Virus record (IMG/VR): IMGVR_UViG_3300021400_000244
Location: 1 to 64,000 of that record
Reading direction: 5' to 3' (one strand)
Source: a virus
Lineage: Duplodnaviria; Caudoviricetes
Length of the DNA stretch: 64,000 nucleotides
In this document: in pieces, positions 1 to 14,389 of the stretch
Layout of the letters: each line of letters starts with the position of its first letter
How positions within the stretch are numbered: the first letter of the stretch is position 1
The notes under the pieces: generated by a model
The model's database searches: none
The model's input: only the letters and a program-made list of their open reading frames with translations
What the model was told of the DNA's origin: nothing
Translations under genes and position numbers: made by a program

Positions 1-1
1 T

Positions 2-2731
2 AAGATTAATAAAGAAGATTATTATATATCAATAAATTCATATAATAATGATATTTATTATATAAATAACAATAAAGAAATAAAAAATATTGAAGATATA
101 TATCAGTATGATAAAGAAACTCAAAGTTATATTTCTGTAAACAAAGATAAAAAATTAGAAATAATAGAAAATGCTAATAATTATTACGTTAGTATTGAAA
201 AATCTGAAAATGAAAAAATAGCTGAGCAATATAGGTATATATCTGAAAATGATTTTTTAAATAATATTTATTATATAAATGAAAATGATGAAAATAATTA
301 TATAAATATTGATAATTTTAATAATATTTATTATAAAAAATTAGATATAGATGGAAATATTATTTATATAAATAAAGATTATATAGATTTAAATCAAGAA
401 CCTTTTATAATATTGACTCATGAAGAAAATAAATATGAACAAAAAATTCAGCATTATTTTAGAAATATGTTTGATGATACAACTTTATATTTTAAGATTA
501 ATTATAATCAAAGAACTTATTATGTTACGCAATTTAATCTCATAACAAAAGAAAGACAAAATAGAGAAGAAGAATGAGAAATACAAAATATAAAATCTTT
601 TTATGCAATTCAGCCAGATCATAATTATTGATATAATGAATATTATAACAAAGATTGAGAAAATGACATTACAGCTTATTTTATAGAATTTTCTTTTATT
701 GAAGAAGGGCAGTGATTACCTACTACAATAGAATTTGAAATCTCTGCTGTAAATAATGTTGATTTTAATAAAGATGCAAACTTTGATAGTATTAGTATTT
801 TGAATATTTATAAAAAATATAATGGAGATATTAAAGAAGGAATGTATCCTTATATTTTAAAAGAAGAAATTGATATGGCTAATCTTTATTATTATTATAG
901 TGATGATGATACTAGAATTTATTCTAATTTAAATAATGAAAATAATAAAACGTACTATAAATTAAAAGATTTAGATAGCTATATTGAAATATTAGAGGGA
1001 AATAAATTATTTTATTTTAATGAAGAATTTTTAACTTATATTCCTTTAGATCAAACAGAAATAGAAGGAGATTTTAGAAAAATAACTGTTCCAAAAACTT
1101 TTTCTGATTATAAATGAATAAATTTAAGTGTTTGAGGTATTAATATTCCAAACGGAGAAGGATGCTTGGGAAAAAAAGTAAATTCAAATAATTATGAATT
1201 TATTTCTAAAAAAAATATTACTGATAAATCTGAATATATAAAAGAAAATAATAAATATCTTTCTGTTAATGATTTTAAGTATATTTTTATAAGAGGTAGG
1301 GATATATTAGGAACTACATCCTTTTTTGTTTCAGTAAATACAATTATAACTGCTAAAAATGATGAAAATAACTATTGATTATTAGAAGATAATAAATTTT
1401 ATAATATTAACGATAAAGTAGTACGAACAACAGAAGAGTCATCTAACGCTTATTTAAATAAAACTTATTCATTATATGCAGGTAAATATATTAGCGAAAT
1501 TGAAAAAAGTAATGCTTTCACAGGAATAGGTATAGATGATATAATACAAATAAACAATACCAGAGCATTTGATTTTCTTTCTAATAAAAGTTTTAATGTT
1601 ACGGTTACTAATGCAAAAAATGAAGAAATAAAAACAGGAACAAGAGCAAGTAAAACAGGAGAAATTTTCTTATATAATAATAAATCTAATAGTGGATATC
1701 GAAATACTAATCAAGGGGATAGTTCTTATAGTGGAATTTTAGGTAAATTTACACATTATAATACAAGTAAAGAAATGGGTTTAATATTAAATACTGATTC
1801 AGTTCGTTTAATTGGTGACGATTCTACAAAAATTGAAAGTACAAAAAAAATTGAAATAGCTGCTTTAGAATTAGGTCCTGCTAAAAATAGTTATAGTATT
1901 TCAAATCCTCAAATTAGATTAATCGCAGGACAAAATAAAAGTAATGATAATAATGTATGTGCAGAATTAATATTAAATTCTTCATCTAATAGTTGAGGAT
2001 TAAGTGCAACCAATCCAGGATCAAGATCTGCAAATCCTATTTTTAGAGTAAAAGGAAGATATGGTAGTGGTATTGGAATTATTCCAGAAATACTTAATAA
2101 AACATATAAAGAATATTTTGAAGTAAATATGGATCAAGCAATTTCTAATGGATTAAGCATTCAAGGATTATACGCTGACAATGTAACAAAAGAAGAAGAT
2201 GAAAAGAATAAATCAGGTATTGGATTATATGTTACAAAAAATATTAAAGCTAGAAAATTTATAGGCAAAGATTGAAATAGTATTTTTACTTTTACTCCTC
2301 CTAATAATAAGAACCAAAAAGTATTTGGAAGTAGTACAACTATTTCTGGAGTAGGTGGTTCTGGATCTTTTAATGTTCCAATTATTACAATAAAAACAGA
2401 AGGACAACCTGGCATTACGACTGGAACTGTAAGTATTAGTATACCAAAAGCTCAAGATATTTTTGATGCTATAGAAGATTTATTAGATAAAAAATATTTA
2501 ACTAAGACAGATGCAGCTAGCACTTATTTAACTAAGACAAGTGCAGCTAGCACTTATTTAACTAAGACAAGTGCAGCTAGCACTTATGCAGTTAAAGGCC
2601 ATACTCATAGTGGATATGCTTCTAGCGATCACAGACATACTATAAGTGCTAATGCGCTTAGAGGTACAGCTACAGTGGGAGATAAAAAAGGTTCTGCATC
2701 GGTTCCAAGCAGTAAAGTTACTATATCGTAA
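2..2731 (+). CDS. Large virion structural/tail protein, 5'-truncated by the window edge (TGA=Trp)
   Basis: ORF fragments at 800, 1166 and 1775 share one frame and are separated by TGA. The frame closes at TAA 2729-2731. Product inferred from tail-module context. Confidence 0.7.
2495..2587 (+). repeat. Coding 30-bp tandem repeat x3 (YLTKT[DS]AAST)
   Basis: tatttaactaagaca(ga/ag)tgcagctagcact occurs three times in frame. Confidence 0.9.
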
Positions 2732-2747
2732 AAGGAGTTAAAAGGAT

Positions 2748-2981
2748 ATGAATAATTTACAATTACGTTTAGAATTACAAGTATCACTTCAGAGATGAAT
2801 TGATAATACAATGTCTAATTATAACATTTCAGCAGCAGAAATGGAAGATGCTTTATCACGAATATTGATAAAAATAAAAGATAAAGTCTATGAAGATTAC
2901 TTGAATGAACAACAACGGGCTTATCAAGAAATGATCAATGCATCTTCTAACCAAGAGAATGGAGAAATAGAAGATGTCTAA
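2748..2981 (+). CDS. Hypothetical protein, 77 aa (1 TGA=Trp)
   Basis: AAGGA upstream of ATG 2748; MNNLQLRLELQVSLQRWIDN...; TAA overlaps the next gene start. Confidence 0.7.
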
Positions 2982-3234
2982 TATTATTTCAAAAATTAAA
3001 GCAACAAAAGTAACAGAGCAAGATACATATAAACCAGAAATTATAGATATTGGTGTAAATAGTGATAATGTCGCGATTTTAGATTCAAATAATAAATTTT
3101 CATTAACTCAATTATATAATTATCTTAAAAGTTTTTTTAATAGTCAAATTTTTTCTTGATATGGAGAAAATATTCCTGATAGTATTAGAAATAACCTTAT
3201 TGATTTTTATCAAATAGAAGAACGAAATAATTAA
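2974..3234 (+). CDS. Hypothetical protein, 86 aa (1 TGA=Trp)
   Basis: Track ORF 2974-3159 continues through TGA to TAA 3232-3234, just before the next RBS. Confidence 0.7.
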
Positions 3235-3250
3235 AAGAAAGGAGGATAAA

Positions 3251-6200
3251 ATGGCAACTGTATTATCAACACTTTATCCTCCTTTAATTGGAACATTTCA
3301 ACCAGCTTTTGAATATAATGATGGACCAGAAATTACTTTTACAATTTCTAATTATAATTCATATTCAAAAATAAACCACATTCATATTTCTTTAGTTAAT
3401 CAAAAAACAAATCAAAATGCTTTTGCTACTAATGAAAATAATGCAGTACAAGTTCCTATTGGAACTTATTTAATTGATGGTATTTGAATTGTTCCATTTC
3501 AGGATGATTATTCCGGCAATATTTTTACTTATTTTGATATTGAAAATAATTTATATAAAATTAGAATTCCTAATACTATTTTAAAAAATAAATCAACAGA
3601 ATTTGTAATTGACTATTATTATAAAGTTCAATTAAGATTTGATTGTGTTACAGATGAAATGATCTTATCTAATGGTGATTCTCTTAATAGTTTTAATTCA
3701 AGTTATTTAAATAAATATAGAAGTTGTTTCTCTGAATGATCTAGTATTTCTCTATTAAAAGCTGTTCCTCGTACTGAAATTCAAGTTACAGGTTTTTCTA
3801 TCATAAATTCTAATGGACTTACAAATGCAAATTTAAAAAATAAGACGCCGCAATTTTCACCTGGTGTTATCCCTATTACTGGAAAATTAATGTTTTTTAA
3901 AGACGGTAATGTTATTAATGCAACAGATGCAGGAAAAGAATGAATAAAAGATTATCAAATTAAGGTCTATAAAGAAGAAGATGATAAAACTAAAACTTTA
4001 ATTTTAGATAGCGATACTATATATCCAGATGCATATAGATTTAAAGAAAATAATTTAAATTTATCTTCTAAATCTCAATCCGATTATTGAACAAATAATT
4101 TCTCTTATTTAATTGATTTGACAGATGAAGATGCAGATCATGAATATGTATTAGATATTACTGTTCATACAAAGAATAATTTTACAGCAAGAGAAACATT
4201 TAATTTTAAATTAATTAATGCTCTTTTTACTCCAAATTGAGTTTGATCTTTTAATGAAAAAGAATTATCTTATTATGGAACAACAGTTAATAAAATTGTT
4301 ACAGAAGAAGATGGTGAAATTAATGGAACAGTAACAATTCAACTTGGACTTGATCAGCAATCATTAATATATCGAAATGAACCTGGATATATGTTTATTC
4401 GCAGATCTGATAGTCTGAGTAATTTTAAAAATTGAACAATTATTAAGTGTGTCGCTTGTCCTAACCCTTTGACTCCAGTTGATTTTGTAGATAAAACTGT
4501 TGGTAGTTTAATTCAATATAAATATTCTGCTCAATATTTATGTTATAGAGGCGGTGTTCAAACTCCAGTTGATAAAAGTCCTACAATTATTTATCCTGAT
4601 TTTCATGATATATTAATTAGCTCTGGAGATAAACAATTAGCAATAAGATATAATGGGCAAATTGGTTCAATGACTCCTACAGTTAATAGAGTAAAAATTG
4701 ATACTCTTGGTGGCCGTTATCCTAAATTTGCGGAAAATGCAAAATTAAATTATAAACAATTTAATTTATCTGGTTTACTTGTTGCAGAAAGTGATTATAA
4801 TAGAAAGTTTTTGAATGATTTAGATTATTTAGATGATATGCATGTTTATGATAATACTCAAAATGGAAGTTATATAATCCGCAACGATACTGTATTAGAA
4901 AATTTTGATATTAATCATCCTAATGGAACTTATACCAGCGATATTTCAAATAAAACAACTTGAATTGATCAAGAAAAAGAATCTACTCAAAAGAATACTA
5001 GTCATGATATTTATCCTATAAATAATTGATGATGGGAGCGAAAGTTTAGAGAAGAAGCTATAAAATGATTAAATAATGGAGAGCCTAAACTTTTTAGATC
5101 AATGACTGAAGGAAATATGATAGTTATGATTGATGGAATTTCTTTAACTCCTAACGCTCAATTAGGTAGAAGAATTTGAAATTTTTCATGTACTGTCTAT
5201 GAAATTGGAGATGGGTATGATCTTAAATTACTAGATGAACTTGGTATTTTTAATATACAAAATGAATATAATCAAAAAAATATAGATTTTAATGGAAAAT
5301 ATGATGATAATGAAAACGATGATTTAAATTTAATTGGACAGACTATTACTGTTTTAAATCAACAATATCAACTTAAAGCATTAGAAAATAATGCAGATAT
5401 AGTTGAAAATATTATTATTGAAAATATTAATTTTTTATATCAAGGTTTAGGAAAAAATTATCAATATAAAGAAGATTCTATTTCATTACATGATTTAAAG
5501 ATTGATTTTATATCACCTCCGCAATATTATTTTTTAGATGGAAATAATATTTTAAATAAATCTGATTTTTCAGAAAATGATAATGATTTTTATGAAAAAG
5601 CTGAATTAGGATATAAATTAACTCTTTATTATAAAAATAATAAAAATCAATCTACTCCAATTGATATTTTTATTGAATCTAAAGATGGTAGTACAGGTTA
5701 TTATCAGATACCTTCTAATTTACAAATTTCTAAAATAATTTTATATGATGGAACTGTTGTAATGTTGAATTGTTATTTAACTTATGAATTAGATTATCAT
5801 AATACAGAAATTCCTGATTTTTATTCTCAAGAAGAAACAATAGTTGGTCAAATTAATGATTATTGATCTTTTGGAACAAATATAGGTAATTTTATAAATA
5901 AAAAATATGAAGTATATAATTATAATGAAGATGATGATTATAAATATACTGAAGGATTAATTTATTGAAGAAACCTTAAAATTGAAAGTGATCCTTATTC
6001 TATTTATGAAATTAGTTATAAAGATGGTATTACTAATGTTATTCAAGCAGGTGAAAAAAATACTTATATAGTTCCAAGAACAGGAAATTTAATTTTACCT
6101 CAAGATTCTAAGGTTGCAAATTGTTGAGCAGCTGGTAAACAAATGTTTATTGTAAAGGATAACGATAGAACTCCTTTCTTAGATGAATGAGAATGTATTT

Positions 6201-6757
6201 TAGATAAAAGTGTTACAAATCCATATGAAATAAATGATGATAATGATGAAAATGAATATTGATATTTAATAAAAAATTCAGGAGAAATTGAATTAGATAA
6301 AGATATAAACAATGACTATATATTAGTAAAATTCTATAAAACAGAAAATAATTTTTATTTAGTTAATAATGATGAATCCGCTCCATATTTAACTTGAGAT
6401 CAACTTAATGATGGTATTTTAGATATATATGATGAATGAGTTAATTTAGATGAAATAAAAGATAGTATTATTGAAAACATTCAAAAACCAGAATATAATA
6501 AAATATATAGAATTTTTGATCATAATCTTATTCCTTCTTATATGATTTATTATTTAAATCAAGGATGATATCAAATAAATTTTCTTGACGGCTTTACTGA
6601 TAATGAATTTGATCCAAGAGAGGCTACAGTTATTCAAGCACAAGTTCCAATTTCTGGTATGATTGAATATAAAGCAGATGTATATAAGCAAGGGTGAGAA
6701 ATTAAAAATGGAGAAGAAAATTCTACCTTAAATAATTCTAATGATAATAATTCTTAA
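3251..6757 (+). CDS. Putative baseplate/tail structural protein, ~1168 aa (TGA=Trp)
   Basis: AAGGAGG RBS; fragments 3251 and 4469 in one frame; includes TGA-TGA-TGG (WWW) at ~5027 and KWLNNGEPKLFRSMTEGNMIV; ends TAA. Confidence 0.7.
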
Positions 6758-6771
6758 AAGGAGGTAAATAA

Positions 6772-9480
6772 ATGCGCAAAATTTATCCTTATCTTGAAGA
6801 ATCTTATTATCCTAATTTAAATGAAGAATATGAAAAACAACAATTCTTATATTCTTTAAATAAAATTACAAATCAAAAACAATATGTAAAAATAACTTTA
6901 TTAGATTGAGAAGAAGATCCCATCAAAGAAATTGATGGGATCATTTCTTCTGGTAGTATTAATAAAGACGGTAATAGTACTGTTCGTCGTTCTTGTAGTT
7001 TAGCTTGTTCTGTTGATGGCGGAGTCTATAATATAGATAATATTGAAATGGATTTTTCTCTCAATAAAAAAGTATTTATTGAAATTGGTATAAAAAATGT
7101 AACAGATAAATATCCTGAATATCCTATTTTATGATTTCCGCAAGGAGTTTTTTATATAGATGCATTTAGTGTAAATTCTTCTACTTCTTCCGCAGTTAAT
7201 CTCAATTTATCTTTAAAAGATAAAATGTGTTTATTAAATGGAGATATTGCGGGACAGCTTCCTTCAACTGTTCAATTTGATACTATGACTACACAATTGG
7301 CAGATGGATCTGTTGTAGAACAAAAAGTATTGTATTACAATATAATAACTGAACTATTAAATCATTGAGGTGGAGAAGATCTTAGTAACATAATTATTCA
7401 AGATGTTCCATTAAGAATTCGTAAAATCGTACAGTGATGAGGTGAAAATCCTATATATTTAAAACAAGGTGGTTTTGATGTTTTAGATACGGATGATGTT
7501 GATACAAATTCTTATAATATGTCAATAGAAGAGCCGCAAGATAAAGAAAATTGATTTGAATATTCTAAAGGTGATGATATAGGATACGTTTATAGTGATT
7601 TTGTTCCAACAGAAGAATTAGTAGGAGCTGCGGGAAGTACTATTTGTTCTGTTTTAGATACAATAAAGAATCAATTAGGTAATTATGAATATTTTTATGA
7701 CATATTTGGTATTTTTCATTTTAGAGAAATAAAAAATTACTTAAATGAAACACAAGCTAGTACCATTTTACAGGAATCTAGTAATACGGGTAGACACGTA
7801 AATCTAAATGAGGGTCAATTTTTATTAGATACGGGATCTGAAACACAGTATTTAATAGAGACTATTGTTCCTAAAACTATTTATAATTTTGATTCAAATG
7901 AAAATTTAACATCTATTAGTGTAACACCTAATTATGCTAATATTAAAAACGATTTTATTATAGATGGTATTAAACAAAATTTTCAATCTGGATCAGAATA
8001 TTCTTTAAGATATAGATGTGTCATAGATGAAAAACCAGAAATTTTAGGTGAAAATAATGGTAAACCTTATTATGGCGCTTTTGATAATTTAATTTACTAT
8101 ACTTATCCAGAAGAATATGATGGAACAGTAATTGCAGAAACAAATAAATTAGGATGTTTTCATGAATTTTGAGCAGGAACAAAAGAAGAACCTTATTTAG
8201 TTTTACCAAATGTTGGAGTAATGGATCAAATCTATAGACTTGAAGAAAATGGTATATCTACCTTTTGAAGATGAGATGGCTCATCTTTTCAATCAGTTTA
8301 TTTAAATTTAGATGAAGATGAATTAGAAGAATATAATATACAATTTTATGCAATTTCTTCTGTTAAAAAGTTATTATCTTTATATAAAAATTTTAAATTT
8401 GAACAAGAAGAATTACAAGAAAAATATAAAGATAATCAGCGAGAATATCTTAGAAATTTAGGTATTTTAGAAAATGATTTTTTAGAAAAAATACAACATG
8501 AAATTGGTAATTTGTCTGAACGAGTAAGTGATTGAATTGAAAATAAAAATATTGATTGATATAATAATAGTGTAGATAATATAATTACAAAATTAAGAAA
8601 TATTTTAATTGAAAATAAAATTGATCCAGAAGGATTAGACGATGAAGAAGATTTTTCTCTTATTACAACAAGAGAACCTATTCTATATAGCTCTTCATTA
8701 AAGGATCCACAAACTAAAGAATTACTTGGATTTTATTATGCGTACGATTGACGTACAGCTTTATTAATTTATGGATTACAAGCTAACATACATGGAACTG
8801 ATCCAGGACCTTATTTTAGTGATTTAGAGTATTTTTGACCAGAAGAATATGATCTCCGCAGAGAAAATCAGTGTTTTTATGGAGAAAAGGAAAATAATTC
8901 TGTTTATTATAAATCATTAACGTCTGGAAAATTTTATTTTGATATGATAGACGCTAATACTTCTTCTCTTGGACAATTTAGTGTTCAAAACATAGGTCGT
9001 AGAATTAATGTAACAACTGACGATGAAGTTAATTGTTTATTTACGCCAGAAATTCCAAATCTTGTTTTTTTAAATATGGATAATCCAAAAATGAATTGAT
9101 CTGATAATACTACAATTACAGAATTAAGAACTGTAACTGATATAACAGAAATGCTTAATCAACAACGACAAGAATGTATAGATAATGGTCAACCATATAT
9201 TCAAGTTTCAGATGAAATATATGACAATTTATCTATAGGAGGGTATTTAAATGATGCATATTCTGCATTAAGATATGAATTATTTTTACATACTTCTTAT
9301 CAAAAAGTTGCTTCTATAACTGCATTACCTGTTTTTTATTTAGAGCCAAATAGTCGAGTTGCATTAAGTGATCCAACAACTAATACATATGGTGATTTTA
9401 TGATACAAAATATTAGTTTAACTCTTGGACCAGGTGCTAATCTATCAGCTACATTAAATGAAGCTTTAGAAAGGTTGTAA
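6772..9480 (+). CDS. Putative baseplate hub-like protein (DUF5048-like), ~902 aa (TGA=Trp)
   Basis: AAGGAGG RBS; ATG 6772 in frame with track ORF 9151-9480; N-terminal VKITLLDWEEDPIKEIDGIISSGSINKDGNSTVRRSCSL and C-terminal ITALPVFYLEPNSRV...GDFMIQNISL resemble hub-type tail proteins. Confidence 0.65.
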
Positions 9481-9492
9481 GGAGGTGCATAA

Positions 9493-10452
9493 ATGGCAAC
9501 TACTTATGGTATGGGGCAATATCGTATAAAACAAGGTGAAAATTATATAACTTTACTCGGAGAATCTATTTCATCAGAACATAAAGTAATAACAAAAAAT
9601 GGGTATAATTATCAAGATATATATTTTAATTTAAATAATATTGATGAGGGTAATGGAATACGATATGGTGAAACTTATTTTTTAGAATTAACTTTACCTC
9701 GTCATGTTCAGTATGATACAAATATTAATATAAAAATTTGTGGATCAAATGGAACAGGTGAAATAGATACAGAAAATCAATTTCAAAATATAAAACAAAT
9801 TATTGTTCCAAATTCTTCAGCTAATTCTGGTATTAATTATTATCAAGATGTTCTTTTGTATGAACGTGAAATTAATAATAATAAAGAAATTAATGTTGGA
9901 ATTATTACTACACAAAATAGTGATAATACAATAGGACATATATATTATAATGGAGGAAAATATTTTTTAATTGATAACGAAGGAAGAATAGAATTGTCTT
10001 CTTATCAACCTTCAAAAATTTTAAAGTCTTGAAATATACAAAATGAGACAGAAACTACAATAACTTATAAAATAGTGTTTTCTCCTAAATTTGACAATGT
10101 TACTTATAAATACTTATATTTAGAAATAGATAGAAGTAAAAATGTTGATATAGAATATATAGGTAATGATAATAATACTTATAAAGGAATTTATATTGAA
10201 AATGCTAATTTAAATATTTATAAAGTCACTAATATTTTATCAAGTGGATACATTGGTCATAATTCTTTAAATCATATAGGAGTTTGAGGTCATCCAGAAA
10301 TGTATTTAGCTATTAATGGAGAACAAATTCAAATTGGTAAAACTGGTTTTTATGAATTAGATAATTTTAATATTACAAGTTTAGGAGTTATTGTTAAAGA
10401 TTCAAATATAGATAGATTTAGTATTGATTATGAATTTGAATCTCAAAGTTAA
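9493..10452 (+). CDS. Hypothetical structural protein, 319 aa (TGA=Trp)
   Basis: AAGGAGG RBS; fragments 9493 and 10075 in frame; TAA at 10450-10452. Confidence 0.7.
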
Positions 10453-10470
10453 AGAAAGGGGAAAAATATT

Positions 10471-12216
10471 ATGGCTTTAGAAAGTTTTTATGGTGGAAAG
10501 CCTGGCTATTCCCCTATTATTAAAGGTTCTTTTAAAAATATTGAGGCTATGAATACTGCTTTTGCAAATCCAGAATATACAGATATTTGATATGGAGAAC
10601 TTTGCATTATTGCTTCTAATAGTATGTATGATGCAAATAATGGTAAAATTTTTAGACGTACTTTAAAAAAGCAAAATAGTTCTTCTTCTCAAAATTATTC
10701 TCTATATGCAGAATATTTAGGTCAAATAGTTGGTATGCCAGGTGGATTACCAAAAGTTGAATTTAATACAATTGATAATATTGATGCATTGGCTCAAACA
10801 GCTTTAACAGACGGAAAGGATATTTGATATCCTACGGGAATAGAAAAAGGATATGTACATACGGTAAAAACCAATGCTAATGATAGTGAAAATCCGTATT
10901 CTAAACCTAATCCTTTAAATGGTACACAGGCTATTGAATTAGTTCCAGGTGTAGTTAAGAATAATTTAGGTGAAATTATTGATTACAATGATAATTTTGA
11001 ATATACCTGATTACAAATGGCTGATCCGCAATCTAATACAGCTGAATCAGATGGTACTAGAGGAACTCTTGAAATAGGATTAAAAATTCCTTATTTATAT
11101 TTTGATGAACCTGAAATTGTTAATACTCCTTATTATGAAAATTCTACTATAGAAGAATCATTAACAGCTCCTGATAATCAAGTACATCCTTTTTATAAAA
11201 AATATAATTTTAAAATTGCAAATGGTGTTAATGGTATTGGAATAAAAAATTTAAGAATAATAGAAACTAATAAAATAAAAGAAAATGCTAATGACGATGA
11301 TTCAACAAAAATTGCTATTGTAGATTCTAATAACAATGAATTTTATTATGACAATAGTACTGGTGGAATTAAAATAAAAGGATTAGAAAGTGAAAATGTA
11401 GTATATAGATATAAAAATTCTTTTACTTGTGATAAAATTTGAGTTTATGACTTAATTTTACCAAGTAAAAATGATAAACAAAATAATCAATGAAAAGAAC
11501 CTGAATCTTATATTTGTTATGCAGGAGATTATATTGAATATACAGATGTTTCTTTAAATAATAATGGTACTTTAACTTTTAATAAAAACAATGGATCTAA
11601 TATAACTACTACAAATAATATGAAGTGAATTACTTCTACAAATGTAGAATTAAATCCTACAAATAATGATTACGGAAAATTTACTATTAATTATAATACA
11701 GAGCATCCAGATATAATTAATCTACCTTTAGTAAAACAAATAATTGCTTCTAATAATCCAACAAATAATAAAAATGGAGAAGTAATAAATGTTGAATTAA
11801 CTAATGGAGATGAAAGTTCAAGATCATTAACCTTACAAAAATCTATATTAAATGAACAAAATCAAATAACTTATGAAGATTATGTTTTAAAATATCCTAA
11901 AACTCTTGCAATTAGATCATGAAATGGAAATTCTGAAAGAGAAAATGAAAATTTTCTTTATCTAGATGCAACTTATAATGATAATACTACAGAAACAATA
12001 GGTTCAGTAGGAGTGTCTACTGTTACAAAACTTGGATCATACGTTGGTATTGGTAAAGAAGTAACAGAAAATGATGAAACTATAATAGAAAAAGATGATA
12101 ATTATTTACCTGAATTTCTCCAAGATGGTAACAGTAACATTTTTTTAATTCACGAAGAATTAAGTATTAATGAAAATAATTTTAACAATGTTTTTCCTTC
12201 TTTTGGAACTTCTTAA
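10471..12216 (+). CDS. Hypothetical structural protein, 581 aa (TGA=Trp)
   Basis: ATG 10471 (MALESFYGGKPG); fragments 10624, 11017 and 12013 share the frame. Confidence 0.7.
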
Positions 12217-12234
12217 TAAAAAGGAGTTTTAATT

Positions 12235-12558
12235 ATGTGAATTAAACAATATAAATATCCTTTTACTGATATCATTCAAAATGGAAAAATTATTTTATCA
12301 TATCAAAATATTAAATTTGTTCAAATAGGAATAGAACATCCACATTCTATTCCTATTTTTCCATACGAAGAATTAGATACAAAAATAAAAATTAGTGATG
12401 ATCTTAATCACAATGTTACACAACAACATACTTATAAAATAAATTCCTCAGATATTCTGGAATTTGGTGATTTAGATAAAAAGAATTTAACTATAGAATT
12501 AGAAAATCCAGAAGATCCATATACTATTATTACAATAGCTTATGAAAAGGAGGATTAA
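12235..12558 (+). CDS. Hypothetical protein, 107 aa, second codon TGA (MWIKQYKYPF...)
   Basis: AAGGAG RBS then ATG-TGA; frame open to TAA 12556-12558 and fills the intergenic gap. Confidence 0.7.
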
Positions 12559-12561
12559 AAT

Positions 12562-13101
12562 ATGGTAAAAAAATTAACACGTAATTTTAGAAATCCAAAT
12601 TATGTACAAGATAGTAATGTTGATATTGAACGAAATGAATTTATTCCTCTTTGAACTTTTGATGGCTCAATAATTAATTTAGACAATAATGTTAAAATAA
12701 AAAAAGAGAATTTAGAAGGAATAACTGATTTATCTGATATAGTTAATAGTAATAGTCAAACTTGATGAGATCAAGTATCAAGTCAAAAAAACGGATATGT
12801 ACCAGCTTTTGGTATAAATACAATAAATCGTCTTTTATCAGTAAACGGGGATGGACAAGTAAGTTGAATTAATCCTACATATTCAACTCACACTCATACT
12901 ATAAGTGTACAGCAAAAAACGCCAAATGTAATAAAAGATAATGATATAAATTTATCAGATGATCAAAAAAAGTTTAAATATATTTTATATCCAAGAGCAA
13001 ATACTACTAATGATTATGTTTTAAATTTAGATAGATTTCTTTGTGAAGTATCTATTTCATTAAATATTAACAAGAATTCAACTCCTTTACTTGGTTCATA
13101 A
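12562..13101 (+). CDS. Hypothetical protein, 179 aa (4 TGA=Trp)
   Basis: AAGGAGG RBS; translated by hand through TGA codons, including TGA-TGA, to TAA. Confidence 0.7.
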
Positions 13102-13183
13102 TTTTATAAAACAAGAATAAGGGTAAGATTAAATAATATGTATATTATAAATTATAATTAATAATGATTGAAAGGAGACGCTA

Positions 13184-13675
13184 TTGAGTGAACTTAATAA
13201 TTTATTATCAAGCTATCCTTTACAAGAATTAATTGTAATTATTTGCCTTATTATAGGCGTAGTTATTTCTAATTGAAAAATGTATGATTTTCTTCATGGA
13301 AAATACGAAGATGCTTTACAAAAAAGAGAAAAAGAAAATAATTGAAAAGATAATATATCTCAAACTTTAAATGATCTTAATTCTAAAATAGATAATCTTG
13401 GTACACAAAATCAAAAAATTTACAATAGACAAGAACAGGTAGATATGACATTGGCACTTGTTCAAGAAAGAATGCAAGAAAATTCAAGGTCTTTTTTAAT
13501 TGATGCTCATCATAAATTTTGTTATCAATATAAAAAAATTGATGATTTGAATTTACAATCAATTGAACGTAGATATCTATATTATAAAACTGCGGGTGGA
13601 GATACATTTATAGATCATTTGATAGAAGAAATTCGTTCTCTTCCAAGAGTAACTGTTTTTACAGATGATATATAG
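13184..13675 (+). CDS. Membrane-anchored coiled-coil phage protein, 163 aa (2 TGA=Trp)
   Basis: AAAGGAG RBS and TTG start; hydrophobic LIVIICLIIGVVIS segment; in frame with track ORF 13445-13675. Confidence 0.65.
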
Positions 13676-13818
13676 TTGTACAGAAGGATGAAATGACAAC
13701 TGAACTAGTACTGCAGTAGATGCCGCAGTTGCAACCGCACAAGTCGCAGTTCAAATACATGTTGATAATGCATTAATTTAAGAAACTATTAGTTCTTAAT
13801 ATCTTATATTAAATTTAT

Positions 13819-13852
13819 GGGGAAAAAATTGTAATATTTTTTCCCCTTTTTA
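13819..13852 (+). terminator. Hairpin followed by T-tract (putative intrinsic terminator)
   Basis: ggggaaaaaat-tgtaat-attttttcccc-ttttt. Confidence 0.5.
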
Positions 13853-13873
13853 TTTTATAGAAAAGGAGGCCGT

Positions 13874-14377
13874 ATGCCTAAAGTTAGATTTTATAGAGGA
13901 AGCGATGGTGTCTCCTTACCTTCAATTCAAAATGGTTCAATTATTGTTGTTCAAAGAGAAGAAGTTGATAGTCAAGGTTTTCGTTGTGGAGATATTTATG
14001 TAGATATTGATGATGCTACAAGATTAAGAATTTTACCAAATAATGAATATAAAACATTTGCAACAAATACTCCAGAATTAAATTCAATAATTCCCGCGCA
14101 AGGTTATCTCTGTATGATTACTGATTCTGAAGGTCAACAAATTGGGGTTGTAATTGGAAATGGTATCACAGATTTAAAAACTTTAATTAATACTTCTTTA
14201 ATTCCAAATATTGTCTATACTAATCATTTACCTACTAGTTTTTGAAATGATAAAATTAATGCATATATAGGAACAGATATACCTAAATATAATAATAATA
14301 GTTCACAGACTATTGGTCAAATTTTAAATATAGATAATAATAGAAGTGAAACCTTAGTTTTAACTACTTTATATTAA
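13874..14377 (+). CDS. Hypothetical tail-associated protein, 167 aa (1 TGA=Trp)
   Basis: AAGGAGG RBS; track ORF continues F-W-NDKINAY to TAA 14375-14377. Confidence 0.7.
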
Positions 14378-14389
14378 GAAGATGATAGT

